Below the pieces are notes generated by a model. It worked only from the letters and a program-made list of their open reading frames with translations, had not been told where the DNA came from and made no database searches. From Myxococcota bacterium (lineage in GTDB: Bacteria > Myxococcota > XYA12-FULL-58-9 > JALHOP01): 55,331 nucleotides of DNA. The DNA lies in NCBI GenBank assembly GCA_041288095.1, contig JBGGMJ010000160.1:1-55331 (forward strand), in the 5' to 3' direction. Positions within the stretch are counted from its first letter, which is position 1. Every line of letters starts with the position of its first letter. The translations under genes and the position numbers were made by a program. Positions 45,907 to 54,876 of this stretch are shown one piece after another.

Positions 45907-46161
45907 ATGAAGCATGTCTTTCTCGTTGCCTGTACCGCCATCGCCCTCGCCATCGGTGTTGCCCGCTGTGGCCACGGCGACAGCCTGCGAAACCAAGCTC
46001 AAGGTGGCGCCTGCGAAGCCTCTTGCACGCAAGCCGCCGACAAGTGCGCGAGCGAGTGCGCCGGGACCAATCCGGACGGCACGCAGAAAGACAGCGCTGC
46101 TTGCAACATTGGCTGCCGTGAAGCCAAGGACAAGTGCAACAGCGACTGCAAGTCGAAGTAG
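45907..46161 (+). CDS. Small exported Cys-rich protein (84 aa) with 2x Cx3Cx6Cx3C
   Basis: Signal-like N-terminus MKHVFLVAC...; regular Cys spacing. Confidence 0.75.
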   Translation: MKHVFLVACTAIALAIGVARCGHGDSLRNQAQGGACEASCTQAADKCASECAGTNPDGTQKDSAACNIGCREAKDKCNSDCKSK

Positions 46162-46276
46162 CCTGTAGCTTCCCAAGTCGCCGGGCCCGGGTGTTAGTTC
46201 AGCGGAGAAGCTGGCCACCCGGGCCTTGGTGTTTTTGGAATGGCTGTGCCCGCCATAGTGGTGCATCCTCCTCGCC

Positions 46277-46849
46277 ATGCTCGTTTCGGGCAAGGCGTTC
46301 CTCGGATTGATTCGGCACATCCGAGAGAGCGAAGGTGATGGGGCGCTGGAGGGGGTCGTCGAGAAGGCCGACAACCCCTACGTGCGCACCGTTTTCGCGG
46401 AGGAGATCCGGCCCCTTTCCTGGTACCACTACTCCGCTTTCGCGAGCTTCCTGCAGAGCTGCGCCAACGTCTTCGGCAAAGGGAATCTGAGCTATTGCCG
46501 AGGGCTCGGACGTGGTGCCGGCCGGCGCGACTTGAACACCGTCTTCAAGCTCATTCTGCGCCTGCGCGATCCAGAGGGCTTGATCACCGCGTGCTCACGC
46601 GTCTGGGAGAGCTACTACCGCGAATGCGGCCACATGGACGCCCTCAGCACCAGTCCCGACAACACCGTCTTGCGCATCTACGACTTCAAGAGGATGCACC
46701 CGGCGCACTGCCAGCTCATGATCGGTTGGATGGAGCAAGCGATGCAGCTCATCGGCTGCGAGGTCTCGGACGACGCTCACGAGTCCAGGTGCATGTGCCG
46801 AGGCGACGCCTTTCACGAGTTCGTATGCACGTGGACGCGGGTTCCCTAG
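46277..46849 (+). CDS. Myxococcales-type V4R-like ligand-binding protein
   Basis: LSWY, VWESYY, C...GW, C-terminal C..RGD..EF..W. Confidence 0.7.
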   Translation: MLVSGKAFLGLIRHIRESEGDGALEGVVEKADNPYVRTVFAEEIRPLSWYHYSAFASFLQSCANVFGKGNLSYCRGLGRGAGRRDLNTVFKLILRLRDPEGLITACSRVWESYYRECGHMDALSTSPDNTVLRIYDFKRMHPAHCQLMIGWMEQAMQLIGCEVSDDAHESRCMCRGDAFHEFVCTWTRVP

Positions 46850-46852
46850 CCC

Positions 46853-48067
46853 TCAGGCCAGGACCTTCTCGATGCGCTCGAGAGCCCAATCGAGCTCTTC
46901 ACGTGTGATCACCAGCGGCGGCGCCAGCCGGATGGTGGTGCCGTGCGTGTCCTTGCAGAGCACGCCGTCGTGCATCAGGCGCTCGCAAAACGGCCGCGCT
47001 TTTTCGTTGAGCTCGATGCCGGCCCATAAGCCACGGCCGCGCACGGTCTTGATACGCGGCGACTTCAAGGCGCGTAGACGGCCGAGCATGTACTCTCCGA
47101 GCTTCGCCGAGTTGGCCTGCACCGTACCCTTGGCCAGCATGTCGCAGACCGCGACGCCGATGGCGCAAGCGAGCGGGTTGCCGCCGAAGGTGCTGCCGTG
47201 GTCACCCGGCTTCAAGACGTCCATGATCGCACGGTCGGCCGCGATGGCTGACACCGGCATGATGCCGCCGCCGAGTGCCTTGCCGAGGATGTAGATATCG
47301 GGCGTGACGTTCTCGTGGTCGTTGGCGAAGGTCTTGCCGGTGCGTCCGAGACCCGCTTGGATCTCGTCGCCCAGGTACAGCACGTTGTGCTTGCTGCACA
47401 CCTCGCGCACCGCCTTCAAGTAACCCTCAGGGGGCACGATGATGCCCGCTTCACCCTGGATGGGCTCGACGAGGAAGGCGACGGTGTTTTTGTCGATGGC
47501 CCGCTCGAGCGCGCCTATGTCACCGTAAGGAATCGAGACGAAGCCGGGTGTGTGCGGCCCGAAGTCACCACGCGATTGCGGATCGTCGCTGAAGCTGACG
47601 ATGGTGGTGGTGCGGCCGTGGAAGTTACCCGCGCAGGTGATGATGGTCGCCTGGTTGTCCGGGACGCCCTTCTTTTTGTAACCCCACTTGCGTGCGACTT
47701 TGACGGCCGTCTCGACCGCCTCGGCGCCGCTGTTCATCGGCAGCACCGACTCCTTGCCGGTGAGCTTGGCGACGGCCTCACAGAACGGCCCCAGCGTGTC
47801 GCTGTAGAAGGCGCGGCTCGTGAGCGTGACCTTGTCGAGCTGGGCCTTGGCGACCGCGGTGAGCTCCGGGTGCACGTGCCCGAAGTTGACGGCGGAGTAG
47901 GCGGATAGGAAGTCCATGTAGCGCCGGCCTTCGACGTCGGTGATCCACACGCCCTTGGCCGTCGCGACCACCACCGGCAGCGGGCTGTAGTTGTGGGCGC
48001 TGTATTGGTCGACGAGGGCGACGTGACGGTCGCTCGCGCTATTCTTGGTTTGTTCGGCGGAAGCCAT
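46853..48067 (-). CDS. rocD: Ornithine-oxo-acid aminotransferase
   Basis: HNYSPLPVV, DFLSAYSAVNFGH, PMNSGAEAVETA, EPIQGEAG, DEIQ, LGKALGGG, HGSTFGGNP. Confidence 0.95.
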   Translation of the reverse strand: MASAEQTKNSASDRHVALVDQYSAHNYSPLPVVVATAKGVWITDVEGRRYMDFLSAYSAVNFGHVHPELTAVAKAQLDKVTLTSRAFYSDTLGPFCEAVAKLTGKESVLPMNSGAEAVETAVKVARKWGYKKKGVPDNQATIITCAGNFHGRTTTIVSFSDDPQSRGDFGPHTPGFVSIPYGDIGALERAIDKNTVAFLVEPIQGEAGIIVPPEGYLKAVREVCSKHNVLYLGDEIQAGLGRTGKTFANDHENVTPDIYILGKALGGGIMPVSAIAADRAIMDVLKPGDHGSTFGGNPLACAIGVAVCDMLAKGTVQANSAKLGEYMLGRLRALKSPRIKTVRGRGLWAGIELNEKARPFCERLMHDGVLCKDTHGTTIRLAPPLVITREELDWALERIEKVLA

Positions 48068-48108
48068 GGGCGCGCACTCTAGTTGCGCGCATCGAGCTTG
48101 TCGACGGG

Positions 48109-49821
48109 TCAAGCCGCGGGCCGCACGTCCTCGATCTCCATTTGCACGCTTTCGCGCCCGCGGTACTCGTTGCGGGTCAGACGAAAGGCGACGTCGATGT
48201 GCTGCGGCAAGTCGTTGCCCAGGGCGCCGAGGCCGAAGCCGATGGCGTCGAAGACGGCGATGTCGGAGCCCAAGCCCAGCTTCAAGTGGCTGCCGCTATC
48301 GCCGACGGTGCGCTTGTTGCGGACCTCGAGGTTGCGTGCCACCAGCAGCGGCTCGGGGTTGTCCTGCCCGAACGGCGCCAAGCGCTGCAGCTCGTCGACC
48401 ATGTCGAGTGAGAGGTCGCGCGGCGACACTTCGAAGTCCAAGCGGACCGTGGGCACGAAGGGTGGGGCGCCGAGAACGCGCTGCACCGAATCGGCCAAGC
48501 CCGCGCGGAAGGCTTCGACGTGACCGCTCTCGATGGTGACACCGGCGGCGGCATGATGTCCGCCGAAGCGGATGAGGTGCGCGGAATTCTCGGCGATGGC
48601 GTCGTGGAGGTTCAGGCCTTCGACCGAGCGTGCCGAGCCCTTGCCACCCTCGCCGATGACGACCGCGGGGCGGCGATATTTGCCGACCAATCGCGAGGCG
48701 ACGAGTCCGAGCACACCGGGGTGCCAGGCGGGATCGTGCACGACCAGGGCGGCGTGCTTCGTCAATGCCAAAGCCTCGACCTGCGCGAAGGCGGCGTCGG
48801 CGGTGATGCGTTCGACGCTGCGGCGCTCGCGGTTGGCGACGTCGAGGGCGGCGGCAAGCATGCGGGCGCGCTGCATGTCGGCGGTCAGCATGAGCTCGAC
48901 GGCTTCGGCGGCGTGGGCGAGGCGGCCGCGGGCGTTGATGCGCGGCCCGAGGCGAAAGCCGATATCGGTGGCGGTGACGCGGGTGGCGTCGATCTCCGCC
49001 ACCTCGAGCAACGCCTGCAGACCGGGGCGCTTGGTTTCGCCGATGCGTTTCAGTCCGGCGGTGACGAGAGTGCGATTCACGCCACGCAGCGGCACCATGT
49101 CGGCGACCGTGGCCAGCGCGACGACGTCGAGTAGCTCGCGCACGTCCGGCTCGGGCAGCATCGCGAAGTGACCGCTATCGCGGAAGGCGCGGCGCAGGGC
49201 GATGACCAGCATGAAGGCGACGCCGGCGGCGCACAGACCCTTGAACGGGAAGTTGCAGTCGCTGCGCTGCGGATTCAGCACCGCGTTGGCGTTGGGCAAC
49301 GTCTCGGGCACCTTGTGGTGATCGACGATGATGACGTCGAGACCGGCCTCACGGGCCGCCGCTACCTCGTCGTGCGCGGTGATACCGCAGTCGGCGGTGA
49401 TGAGGAGGTCGGTCTCCTTGGCGATCTCGAGCACGGCGGCGCGGTTGAGGCCGTAACCTTCGCTGCGGCGGTCGGGAATGTAGTAGCCGACCTTGGCGCC
49501 GACGCGCTGCAGGAAGTCGACGAGCACGGTGGTGGCGCAAACCCCGTCAACGTCGTAGTCGCCGTAGACCGTGATGGTCTCGTTGCCGCGAACGGCGCCG
49601 AGGATGCGCTCGAGCGCCGGTGTCATGTCCGCCATGGTCGCGGGGTCGGCGAGGGTCGCGAGGCTGGGGGTGAGGTAGCTACCGATGTCATCGGCCGCGC
49701 ATAGACCGCGCTGGGTGACGAGGTGGAGCATCCACTGCGGGACGCGCGCCACGTTGGCCGGGGCACTTACGGGAGACGGCCATTGCCATCGGCGGCCAGT
49801 GAGGCTGAGCTTGGCGTCCAT
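48109..49821 (-). CDS. recJ: Single-stranded-DNA exonuclease RecJ
   Basis: YGDYDVDG, EGYG, DCG, DHH, TVADMVPL, PRINA.GR, GSARS, GGH; start placed at ATG 49821. Confidence 0.95.
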   Translation of the reverse strand: MDAKLSLTGRRWQWPSPVSAPANVARVPQWMLHLVTQRGLCAADDIGSYLTPSLATLADPATMADMTPALERILGAVRGNETITVYGDYDVDGVCATTVLVDFLQRVGAKVGYYIPDRRSEGYGLNRAAVLEIAKETDLLITADCGITAHDEVAAAREAGLDVIIVDHHKVPETLPNANAVLNPQRSDCNFPFKGLCAAGVAFMLVIALRRAFRDSGHFAMLPEPDVRELLDVVALATVADMVPLRGVNRTLVTAGLKRIGETKRPGLQALLEVAEIDATRVTATDIGFRLGPRINARGRLAHAAEAVELMLTADMQRARMLAAALDVANRERRSVERITADAAFAQVEALALTKHAALVVHDPAWHPGVLGLVASRLVGKYRRPAVVIGEGGKGSARSVEGLNLHDAIAENSAHLIRFGGHHAAAGVTIESGHVEAFRAGLADSVQRVLGAPPFVPTVRLDFEVSPRDLSLDMVDELQRLAPFGQDNPEPLLVARNLEVRNKRTVGDSGSHLKLGLGSDIAVFDAIGFGLGALGNDLPQHIDVAFRLTRNEYRGRESVQMEIEDVRPAA

Positions 49822-49891
49822 GTGGGCGTGAAGGTACGCGCCGGCCCCGACAGTTTGCGAGGCCCCCGTCGGAGGGGTACGACCTCTGTAC

Positions 49892-50185
49892 ATGGCCAAA
49901 GGTCCGACGAAGCAGCCACCCCCTCGCGCGGGGGTGAACGACGCCGAAGCGTTCGTCGGCGAGCCCATGCCGCGACCCTCGGGCTTGAACCCGTTCGACG
50001 GCCGTGAGGACGACGCCAGCGGCGAGCGCGACGTCGCTCTCGAGCTCTTGCCCAAGATGATGCGGCAGACCAGCTCGCACCCGGTCATCGAAGAGCCGGG
50101 ATCGTCGCGCACGCTCATCTTGGTGGCGGCGCTGCTGGGACTCGCGGTGCTGGGGATCGCGTTTTACGTGTGGCTCAGGCCGTAG
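49892..50185 (+). CDS. Small protein with a C-terminal membrane anchor
   Basis: Hydrophilic Pro-rich body and one C-terminal TM helix; divergent from recJ. Confidence 0.6.
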   Translation: MAKGPTKQPPPRAGVNDAEAFVGEPMPRPSGLNPFDGREDDASGERDVALELLPKMMRQTSSHPVIEEPGSSRTLILVAALLGLAVLGIAFYVWLRP

Positions 50186-50194
50186 TCGCGCCCC

Positions 50195-50232
50195 AAAGAA
50201 AAAGGCGGACCCGGTGCATCACCAAGCCCGCC
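50195..50232 (-). terminator. Rho-independent terminator
   Basis: Minus strand GGCGGGCTTGGTG-atg-CACCGGGTCCGCC followed by TTTTTCTTT, about 20 nt after the 50253 stop codon. Confidence 0.8.
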
Positions 50233-50252
50233 CCTTCTACTTGTCAGACTCT

Positions 50253-50516
50253 TTAGTTCTTGTTCCGCAAAGCGCCGATGATCTTGCGCTTCGTGGAGTT
50301 GGTCCGCGTGCCGACGGCGGCAATTGCGCGCTTCTCGATCGAAGCGAGCATGGCGCGGGTCTCGGGATGGTCGTTGCCGACCTGCTCGAGCTTCATGGTC
50401 TCCGGTGCGCGAAAACCCTGGCGCATACGAACGACCTTCTCTTCGGTGGCAGTCAGCGTCGAGGTCTTGGTGTTGGTCTTGGAGACCGTCGCCACCCCTG
50501 ATTTTGTCTTCATCAT
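50253..50516 (-). CDS. Small basic protein resembling sigma70 region 4
   Basis: LTATEEKVVRMRQG...LEQVG...IEKRAI parallels RpoD LTPREEKVLRMRFG...LEEVG...IEAKAL; GGAGG RBS, own promoter and terminator. Confidence 0.75.
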   Translation of the reverse strand: MMKTKSGVATVSKTNTKTSTLTATEEKVVRMRQGFRAPETMKLEQVGNDHPETRAMLASIEKRAIAAVGTRTNSTKRKIIGALRNKN

Positions 50517-50611
50517 CCTTACTCATCCTCCGACAGCGCCGGGAACCCAGCGTGATTGAATGGAGGCCTTAGCGCCGTTCGCGCAATCGGCATCGAGGCC
50601 GGCTCAGCCCG

Positions 50612-50640
50612 AAACTACGGCCGCCCGCTCAAACCGTCAA
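50612..50640 (-). promoter_or_regulatory. sigma70-type promoter of the region-4-like gene
   Basis: TTGACG-N17-TAGTTT on the minus strand. Confidence 0.7.
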
Positions 50641-50748
50641 ATTTTCGCCCTAAGAATCTGATCGTCTTTTCCAGCGTCTATGACCGATGCGCGATCGCGC
50701 CGCGATCGTCAAACTACGAAAACCTAAAAACCCGCGTATGCACGCGAT

Positions 50749-50777
50749 TTGCCGAGCGCACCCACACCGGCTACCTT
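50749..50777 (+). promoter_or_regulatory. sigma70-type (leaderless) promoter of the HNH gene
   Basis: TTGCCG-N17-TACCTT, 7 nt before the in-frame GTG 50785. Confidence 0.55.
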
Positions 50778-50787
50778 TTGTGCTGTG

Positions 50788-51393
50788 ATGATCGAAGCGC
50801 ACGTCCTCATCCTCAATCGCAATTATCAGCCCGTTAACGTCACCCATTGGCGTCGGGCGATGACGATGCTCTACATCGGCGCCGTCAAGGCGCTGGACCG
50901 CGAATTCAGGCTCTTCGACTTCGACGACTGGCAGGCGGTCTCCGCCGCCTACGGTGACGATGACACCGTTGCGACCATCAACCGGCGCATCGTCATCCCC
51001 AGAATCGTCGTTCTCCAGGCCTACGATCGCTTACCGCGCGCCCGGGTTCGCTTCTCACGGCACAACATTTTCGCGCGCGACGATCACACCTGTCAGTACT
51101 GCGCTGGCCGGTTCGCAAGGCTGGATTTGAATCTCGATCACGTCTTGCCGCGCTCGCAGGGCGGTAAGACCAACTGGGAAAACGTCGTCGCCAGCTGCGT
51201 CGCCTGCAACTCGCGCAAGGGTGGCCGGACGCCCGAGCAGGCCGGCATGAAGCTCGTGCGCGCCCCACGCAAGCCGACTTGGGCCGAGATCGTCCATCCA
51301 CCGCGCTTCCGCGCCCGTTACCGTGAGTGGCTGCCGTTCTTGAACCCGGTCGACGCGTCCTACTGGAACACCGAGCTACAGTCAGACGATTAG
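50788..51393 (+). CDS. HNH endonuclease family protein
   Basis: VLILN, RD..TCQYC, DHVLPRSQGG, WENVVASC..CN..KG. Start is GTG 50785 or ATG 50788. Confidence 0.92.
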   Translation: MIEAHVLILNRNYQPVNVTHWRRAMTMLYIGAVKALDREFRLFDFDDWQAVSAAYGDDDTVATINRRIVIPRIVVLQAYDRLPRARVRFSRHNIFARDDHTCQYCAGRFARLDLNLDHVLPRSQGGKTNWENVVASCVACNSRKGGRTPEQAGMKLVRAPRKPTWAEIVHPPRFRARYREWLPFLNPVDASYWNTELQSDD

Positions 51394-51468
51394 TTGCCCC
51401 GCCGCGTACGCGGGGCCCGTTGACTTACGCACCCTTACGTTGCGAAGACTCGAAGCAACGGAGGGGAC

Positions 51469-52455
51469 GTGCGCGGGGTGGACGTAGCACAGGACGAAGT
51501 GTCGCCGGCGCCGCGTGAGGGCGCGCCAGCTGAAACCCGCCGCAGGATCATCGCGGTCGGCGGCGGCAAGGGCGGCATCGGCAAGTCGCTCGTGTCGGCG
51601 AACCTGGGTGTCCACTTCGCGGCTCAGGGCAAGCGCGTCGTCCTCCTCGACGCCGATCTCGGTGGTGCGAACCTCCACACGTGTCTCGGCATCAATGCGC
51701 CCGAGCGGACACTCTCCGATTTCATCAACCGCAAGGTCGAGACCCTCGACGAGCTGGTCGAGAAGACCAGCATTCCCGGTCTCGGCCTCATTAGCGGCGC
51801 GCTCGATTTCCTCGGCGCCGCGAACCCCAAGTACACGCAGAAGCTGCGCCTCCTGCGTGAGATCACCCGCCTCGACGTCGACTACACGATCATCGATCTC
51901 GGCGGCGGCACCGGGTTCAACATCCTCGACTTCTTCCTCATCGCTCACCACGGCATCCTCACCGTGGTCCCCGAGCCCACCTCCATCGAGAACGCCTACC
52001 GCTTCATCAAGGCCGCCTACTACCGCAAGCTCAAGACCGCCGAGCTCGCCTACGAGCTGCGGCCGGTGGTCGAGGAGGCCATGGCGGACCGCGGCAGCGC
52101 CGGCATGCGAACGCCGGCCGACCTGGTGCGTTACGTCGAGGAGCGGGAACCGGAGGGCGGGGCGCGCCTGCGAGCCGAGCTCACGCAGTTCCCCCTGGAG
52201 CTGGTGGTCAACCAGTGCCGCACCCGCGAGGAGCACCAGCTGGGCCCCGCCGTCAGCGATGCCTGCCGCAAGTACTTCGGGATCCCTATGCGTTTCTTGG
52301 GTAGCATTCCCTACGATGATGCGGTCTGGCAGTCGGTGCGTCGCCGTCGTCCGGTGATGATCGACAAGCCGGAAGCGGATGCCAGTCGTTGCATCCGCCG
52401 AATCGCCGCCAACCTGCGCGAAGGGACTCCTCGCCTCGAACGGAACGGTGGCTGA
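51469..52455 (+). CDS. FlhG/FleN/MinD-like P-loop ATPase
   Basis: Deviant Walker A GGKGGIGKS, DADLGGANL, IIDLGGG, PEPTSIENAY. Confidence 0.9.
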   Translation: MRGVDVAQDEVSPAPREGAPAETRRRIIAVGGGKGGIGKSLVSANLGVHFAAQGKRVVLLDADLGGANLHTCLGINAPERTLSDFINRKVETLDELVEKTSIPGLGLISGALDFLGAANPKYTQKLRLLREITRLDVDYTIIDLGGGTGFNILDFFLIAHHGILTVVPEPTSIENAYRFIKAAYYRKLKTAELAYELRPVVEEAMADRGSAGMRTPADLVRYVEEREPEGGARLRAELTQFPLELVVNQCRTREEHQLGPAVSDACRKYFGIPMRFLGSIPYDDAVWQSVRRRRPVMIDKPEADASRCIRRIAANLREGTPRLERNGG

Positions 52456-53672
52456 TGGTCGGGCAGCGCTCTCCTACACTCTACGAGCTGCTCGAGGTGA
52501 GCAGCGGCGCGACGTTCGAGGAGATCGAGCAGTCCTACCAGCGTATTGCCTCCTACCTCGGGGCCGACTCCCTGGCCGTGTATTCGATCCTGGACAGCGA
52601 CGACGCGCACAGCGCGCGCGCGCAGATCGACGAGGCATACCGCACTCTGAGCGATCCCGACCGTCGCGCCGCCTACGACCGCTCGCGCAAGGAGGCGAGC
52701 TATCCCTCGATGATGGTGCCGGCGGCCTCGGGCGGCTCGACGTCGACCGCTGACGCGGACATTGCGTCGCGTGACCGCTTTAGCGAACCGTCAGAGCGCG
52801 ACAAGCGCCTACCCGTGACCGGCCGTTCACAGTCGCGTCAGCCGATTCGTGGCCCCGGTGCGCGCACCGGACGCACGCCTCTCTACGGTCGCGATGTCGG
52901 TCGCTCGAGCAAGGCCAACGAGCCCGCCGCGGCGGAGCCCAAGAAGAAGCCCTTGTACGGCCGTGCCCAGCCTCGCGGCGCCGGCGCCTCGGAAGCACCG
53001 CCCGAGCCCAAGGGCCGCCACGGCGAGCCGGACCGAGGCTCGGCCCGCTGGAGCACGCGCGACGGCGACCAAGATCAGCACGAGGACGCGCCGCAGCCGT
53101 CGCTGACCCGCCAGGCCTCCGGCGACGGCCCCCTACATCGCGACGAGGTCGTGGACGCGCCGCAGCGCTACGCCGTAGCGCCGCGTGACGACAAGCGCGC
53201 CGAGTCGCCGACGCGGCAGGACCCGGGGCGTGCCGACGCGGCTCCGCGCAAAGAGCCAAAGTCGTCCGAGGAACGGCCGGAGCTGGTGAAGACCGCCAGC
53301 GATGTCGTCGAACCGCGAAAACGTCCGACTTTACCGCCTCCTTCGCAACTCTCGGCGTCGGCCAAGGCGAAAAAGAGGATCCTCTCGCCAAGCATCGCCA
53401 TGGAGCTGACGGGCGATGTGGAATACGGTGGGTCGCTGCTTCGTCGGTTGCGGGAGAGCACGGGAGCGTCCCTGGATGAGGTCGCCGAGATTACCAAGGT
53501 GGGTAAACGCCACCTCATCGCGATCGAAACCAATGATTTCGCCGCGCTCCCCGCGGCGGTGTACACTCGTGGCTTCGTGGCGGAGTACGCGCGAGTTCTG
53601 GGACTCGATGTCTCGCGCGTCACCAAGAGTTTCATGGCGTTGTATGCCAAATACAGGGGAGTGGGGGGCTAG
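52455..53672 (+). CDS. J-like domain, disordered linker and RodZ-type HTH protein
   Basis: LYELLEV...EAYRTLSDPDRRAAYD; C-terminal LRRLRE..SLDEVAEITKV..L.AIE..YTRGFV..YA; TGATG coupling to the upstream ATPase. Confidence 0.85.
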   Translation: MVGQRSPTLYELLEVSSGATFEEIEQSYQRIASYLGADSLAVYSILDSDDAHSARAQIDEAYRTLSDPDRRAAYDRSRKEASYPSMMVPAASGGSTSTADADIASRDRFSEPSERDKRLPVTGRSQSRQPIRGPGARTGRTPLYGRDVGRSSKANEPAAAEPKKKPLYGRAQPRGAGASEAPPEPKGRHGEPDRGSARWSTRDGDQDQHEDAPQPSLTRQASGDGPLHRDEVVDAPQRYAVAPRDDKRAESPTRQDPGRADAAPRKEPKSSEERPELVKTASDVVEPRKRPTLPPPSQLSASAKAKKRILSPSIAMELTGDVEYGGSLLRRLRESTGASLDEVAEITKVGKRHLIAIETNDFAALPAAVYTRGFVAEYARVLGLDVSRVTKSFMALYAKYRGVGG

Positions 53673-53678
53673 GTTGTC

Positions 53679-54782
53679 GTGCGCCTGACGTGCCTTCGGT
53701 GCGGGAACCAAATGGAGCTAGCGGCTTCCGGTCCGCGCGTCGGCACCATTTGCACGTGCGGCACGGAGATCACCTATCCGGAGGTCTACAACACCGGCGT
53801 CCGTCCCAACGAACGAGCCGCCGAGCGCCTGCGCTATCGCGCCTTTCGTGCCGCCGGTTTGGTCAAGAACATCGGCGGCTTCGCCCTAGGCCTCGCGCTG
53901 CTCGGGATCATCTTCTTCCCGCTGGCTCTCATCGGAGCCATCGTCGGCATCTACGTGCTTACCATGGTGCGCGGACCGCTCGGACGCTATAGCGGACGAC
54001 AGCACGCGATGATCGCCATCGGCGTCGGCACCCTGGTGTTCGTCGCGGAAGGGTCGGTGTTGTGGTCGTTCCTGGCGCAGCGCCGCGCCGAGCGTTTGAG
54101 CGCTTTGCAGGCGTCCGGCGCCGATGACCTGCGTACGCTATTGCGGACGGAGAGGCTCTATCGCGCGGCACAGGACCGCTTCGGCACGCTCAAGGAGAGC
54201 CACTTCCAGCCGCGGATTGGCGCCTACACCATCTATTTGAGCCCGGACGAATACGTGTCGGCCATGCGCGACGAACAGGCGGTCACTGACCCGCTGCCGG
54301 CCGACCTCTGGCCGCGCGTGACCAACGACGCCTTCACGGCGGTCGCCGTCGCGAATCTCGATAGCGACGCCGACCTGGATGTTTGGGTGGTCTCCGAGGC
54401 CGGCGAGGTGAAACATGTCGCCAACGACGTCCCGTGGCTGCCGGAGCCCAAGGAGCTGACGCGGGCCGAGCCGACCATCGAAGCCGCGAGCCCGGCTGGC
54501 GAGGGACCGGCGGTGGTCGTGCCGATCATGCCACCTGTTCCGCCGCCGCAGGACAAGGGAAAGGCCGAGAAGGCGGCGGCTGAGAAGACGGCGGCTGAGA
54601 AGGCGGCGGCTGAGAAGGCGGCGGCTGAGAAGGCGGCGGCCGAGAAGGCGGCGGCTGAGAAGGCGGCGGCTGAGAAGGCGGCGGCTGGGAAGCCGGGGGC
54701 CGAGAAGCCGGCATCCGACAAGGCGACGACCGACAAACCGACGGCCGAGAAGCCCAGCCCCGACAAGCCCGCGGCCGAGTGA
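53679..54782 (+). CDS. Zinc-ribbon + DUF4190-like TM region + pilin-like domain + AEKAA-repeat tail
   Basis: CxxC..CxC; hydrophobic TM segments; LRTL...YRA.QDRF...[15 protein letters not shown]. Confidence 0.75.
   Translation: MRLTCLRCGNQMELAASGPRVGTICTCGTEITYPEVYNTGVRPNERAAERLRYRAFRAAGLVKNIGGFALGLALLGIIFFPLALIGAIVGIYVLTMVRGPLGRYSGRQHAMIAIGVGTLVFVAEGSVLWSFLAQRRAERLSALQASGADDLRTLLRTERLYRAAQDRFGTLKESHFQPRIGAYTIYLSPDEYVSAMRDEQAVTDPLPADLWPRVTNDAFTAVAVANLDSDADLDVWVVSEAGEVKHVANDVPWLPEPKELTRAEPTIEAASPAGEGPAVVVPIMPPVPPPQDKGKAEKAAAEKTAAEKAAAEKAAAEKAAAEKAAAEKAAAEKAAAGKPGAEKPASDKATTDKPTAEKPSPDKPAAE
54564..54683 (+). repeat. 15-bp coding tandem repeat (GCYGAGAAGGCGGCG) x8, encoding AEKAA
   Basis: Eight near-identical units, followed by degenerate copies to about 54779. 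Confidence 0.92.
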
Positions 54783-54840
54783 CCTGGCGCGATCTGGCGA
54801 TCTTTTGACCGGAACCGTACGCGCTAAGAAAGACTGAAAC

Positions 54841-54870
54841 TTGACCCTGTTCCAAGGCCGTTGCTAGCTT
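54841..54870 (+). promoter_or_regulatory. sigma70-type leaderless promoter
   Basis: TTGACC-N18-(TGc)TAGCTT-N6-ATG 54877; no SD sequence. Confidence 0.65.
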
Positions 54871-54876
54871 CGGCGC

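Noticed and set aside
49822..50118. Extended RecJ N-terminus from the ORF track
   Set aside because: It overlaps the divergent 49892-50185 gene; RecJ-like sequence begins near ATG 49821.
50788..51393. HNH protein as a homing endonuclease, restriction or Cas component
   Set aside because: Looks like the common stand-alone HNH family; no intron, methyltransferase, cas gene or array nearby.
54564..54683. Tandem repeats (also 68-102 and 20640-21325) as CRISPR arrays
   Set aside because: No repeat-spacer alternation; the units are contiguous or in-frame coding repeats.
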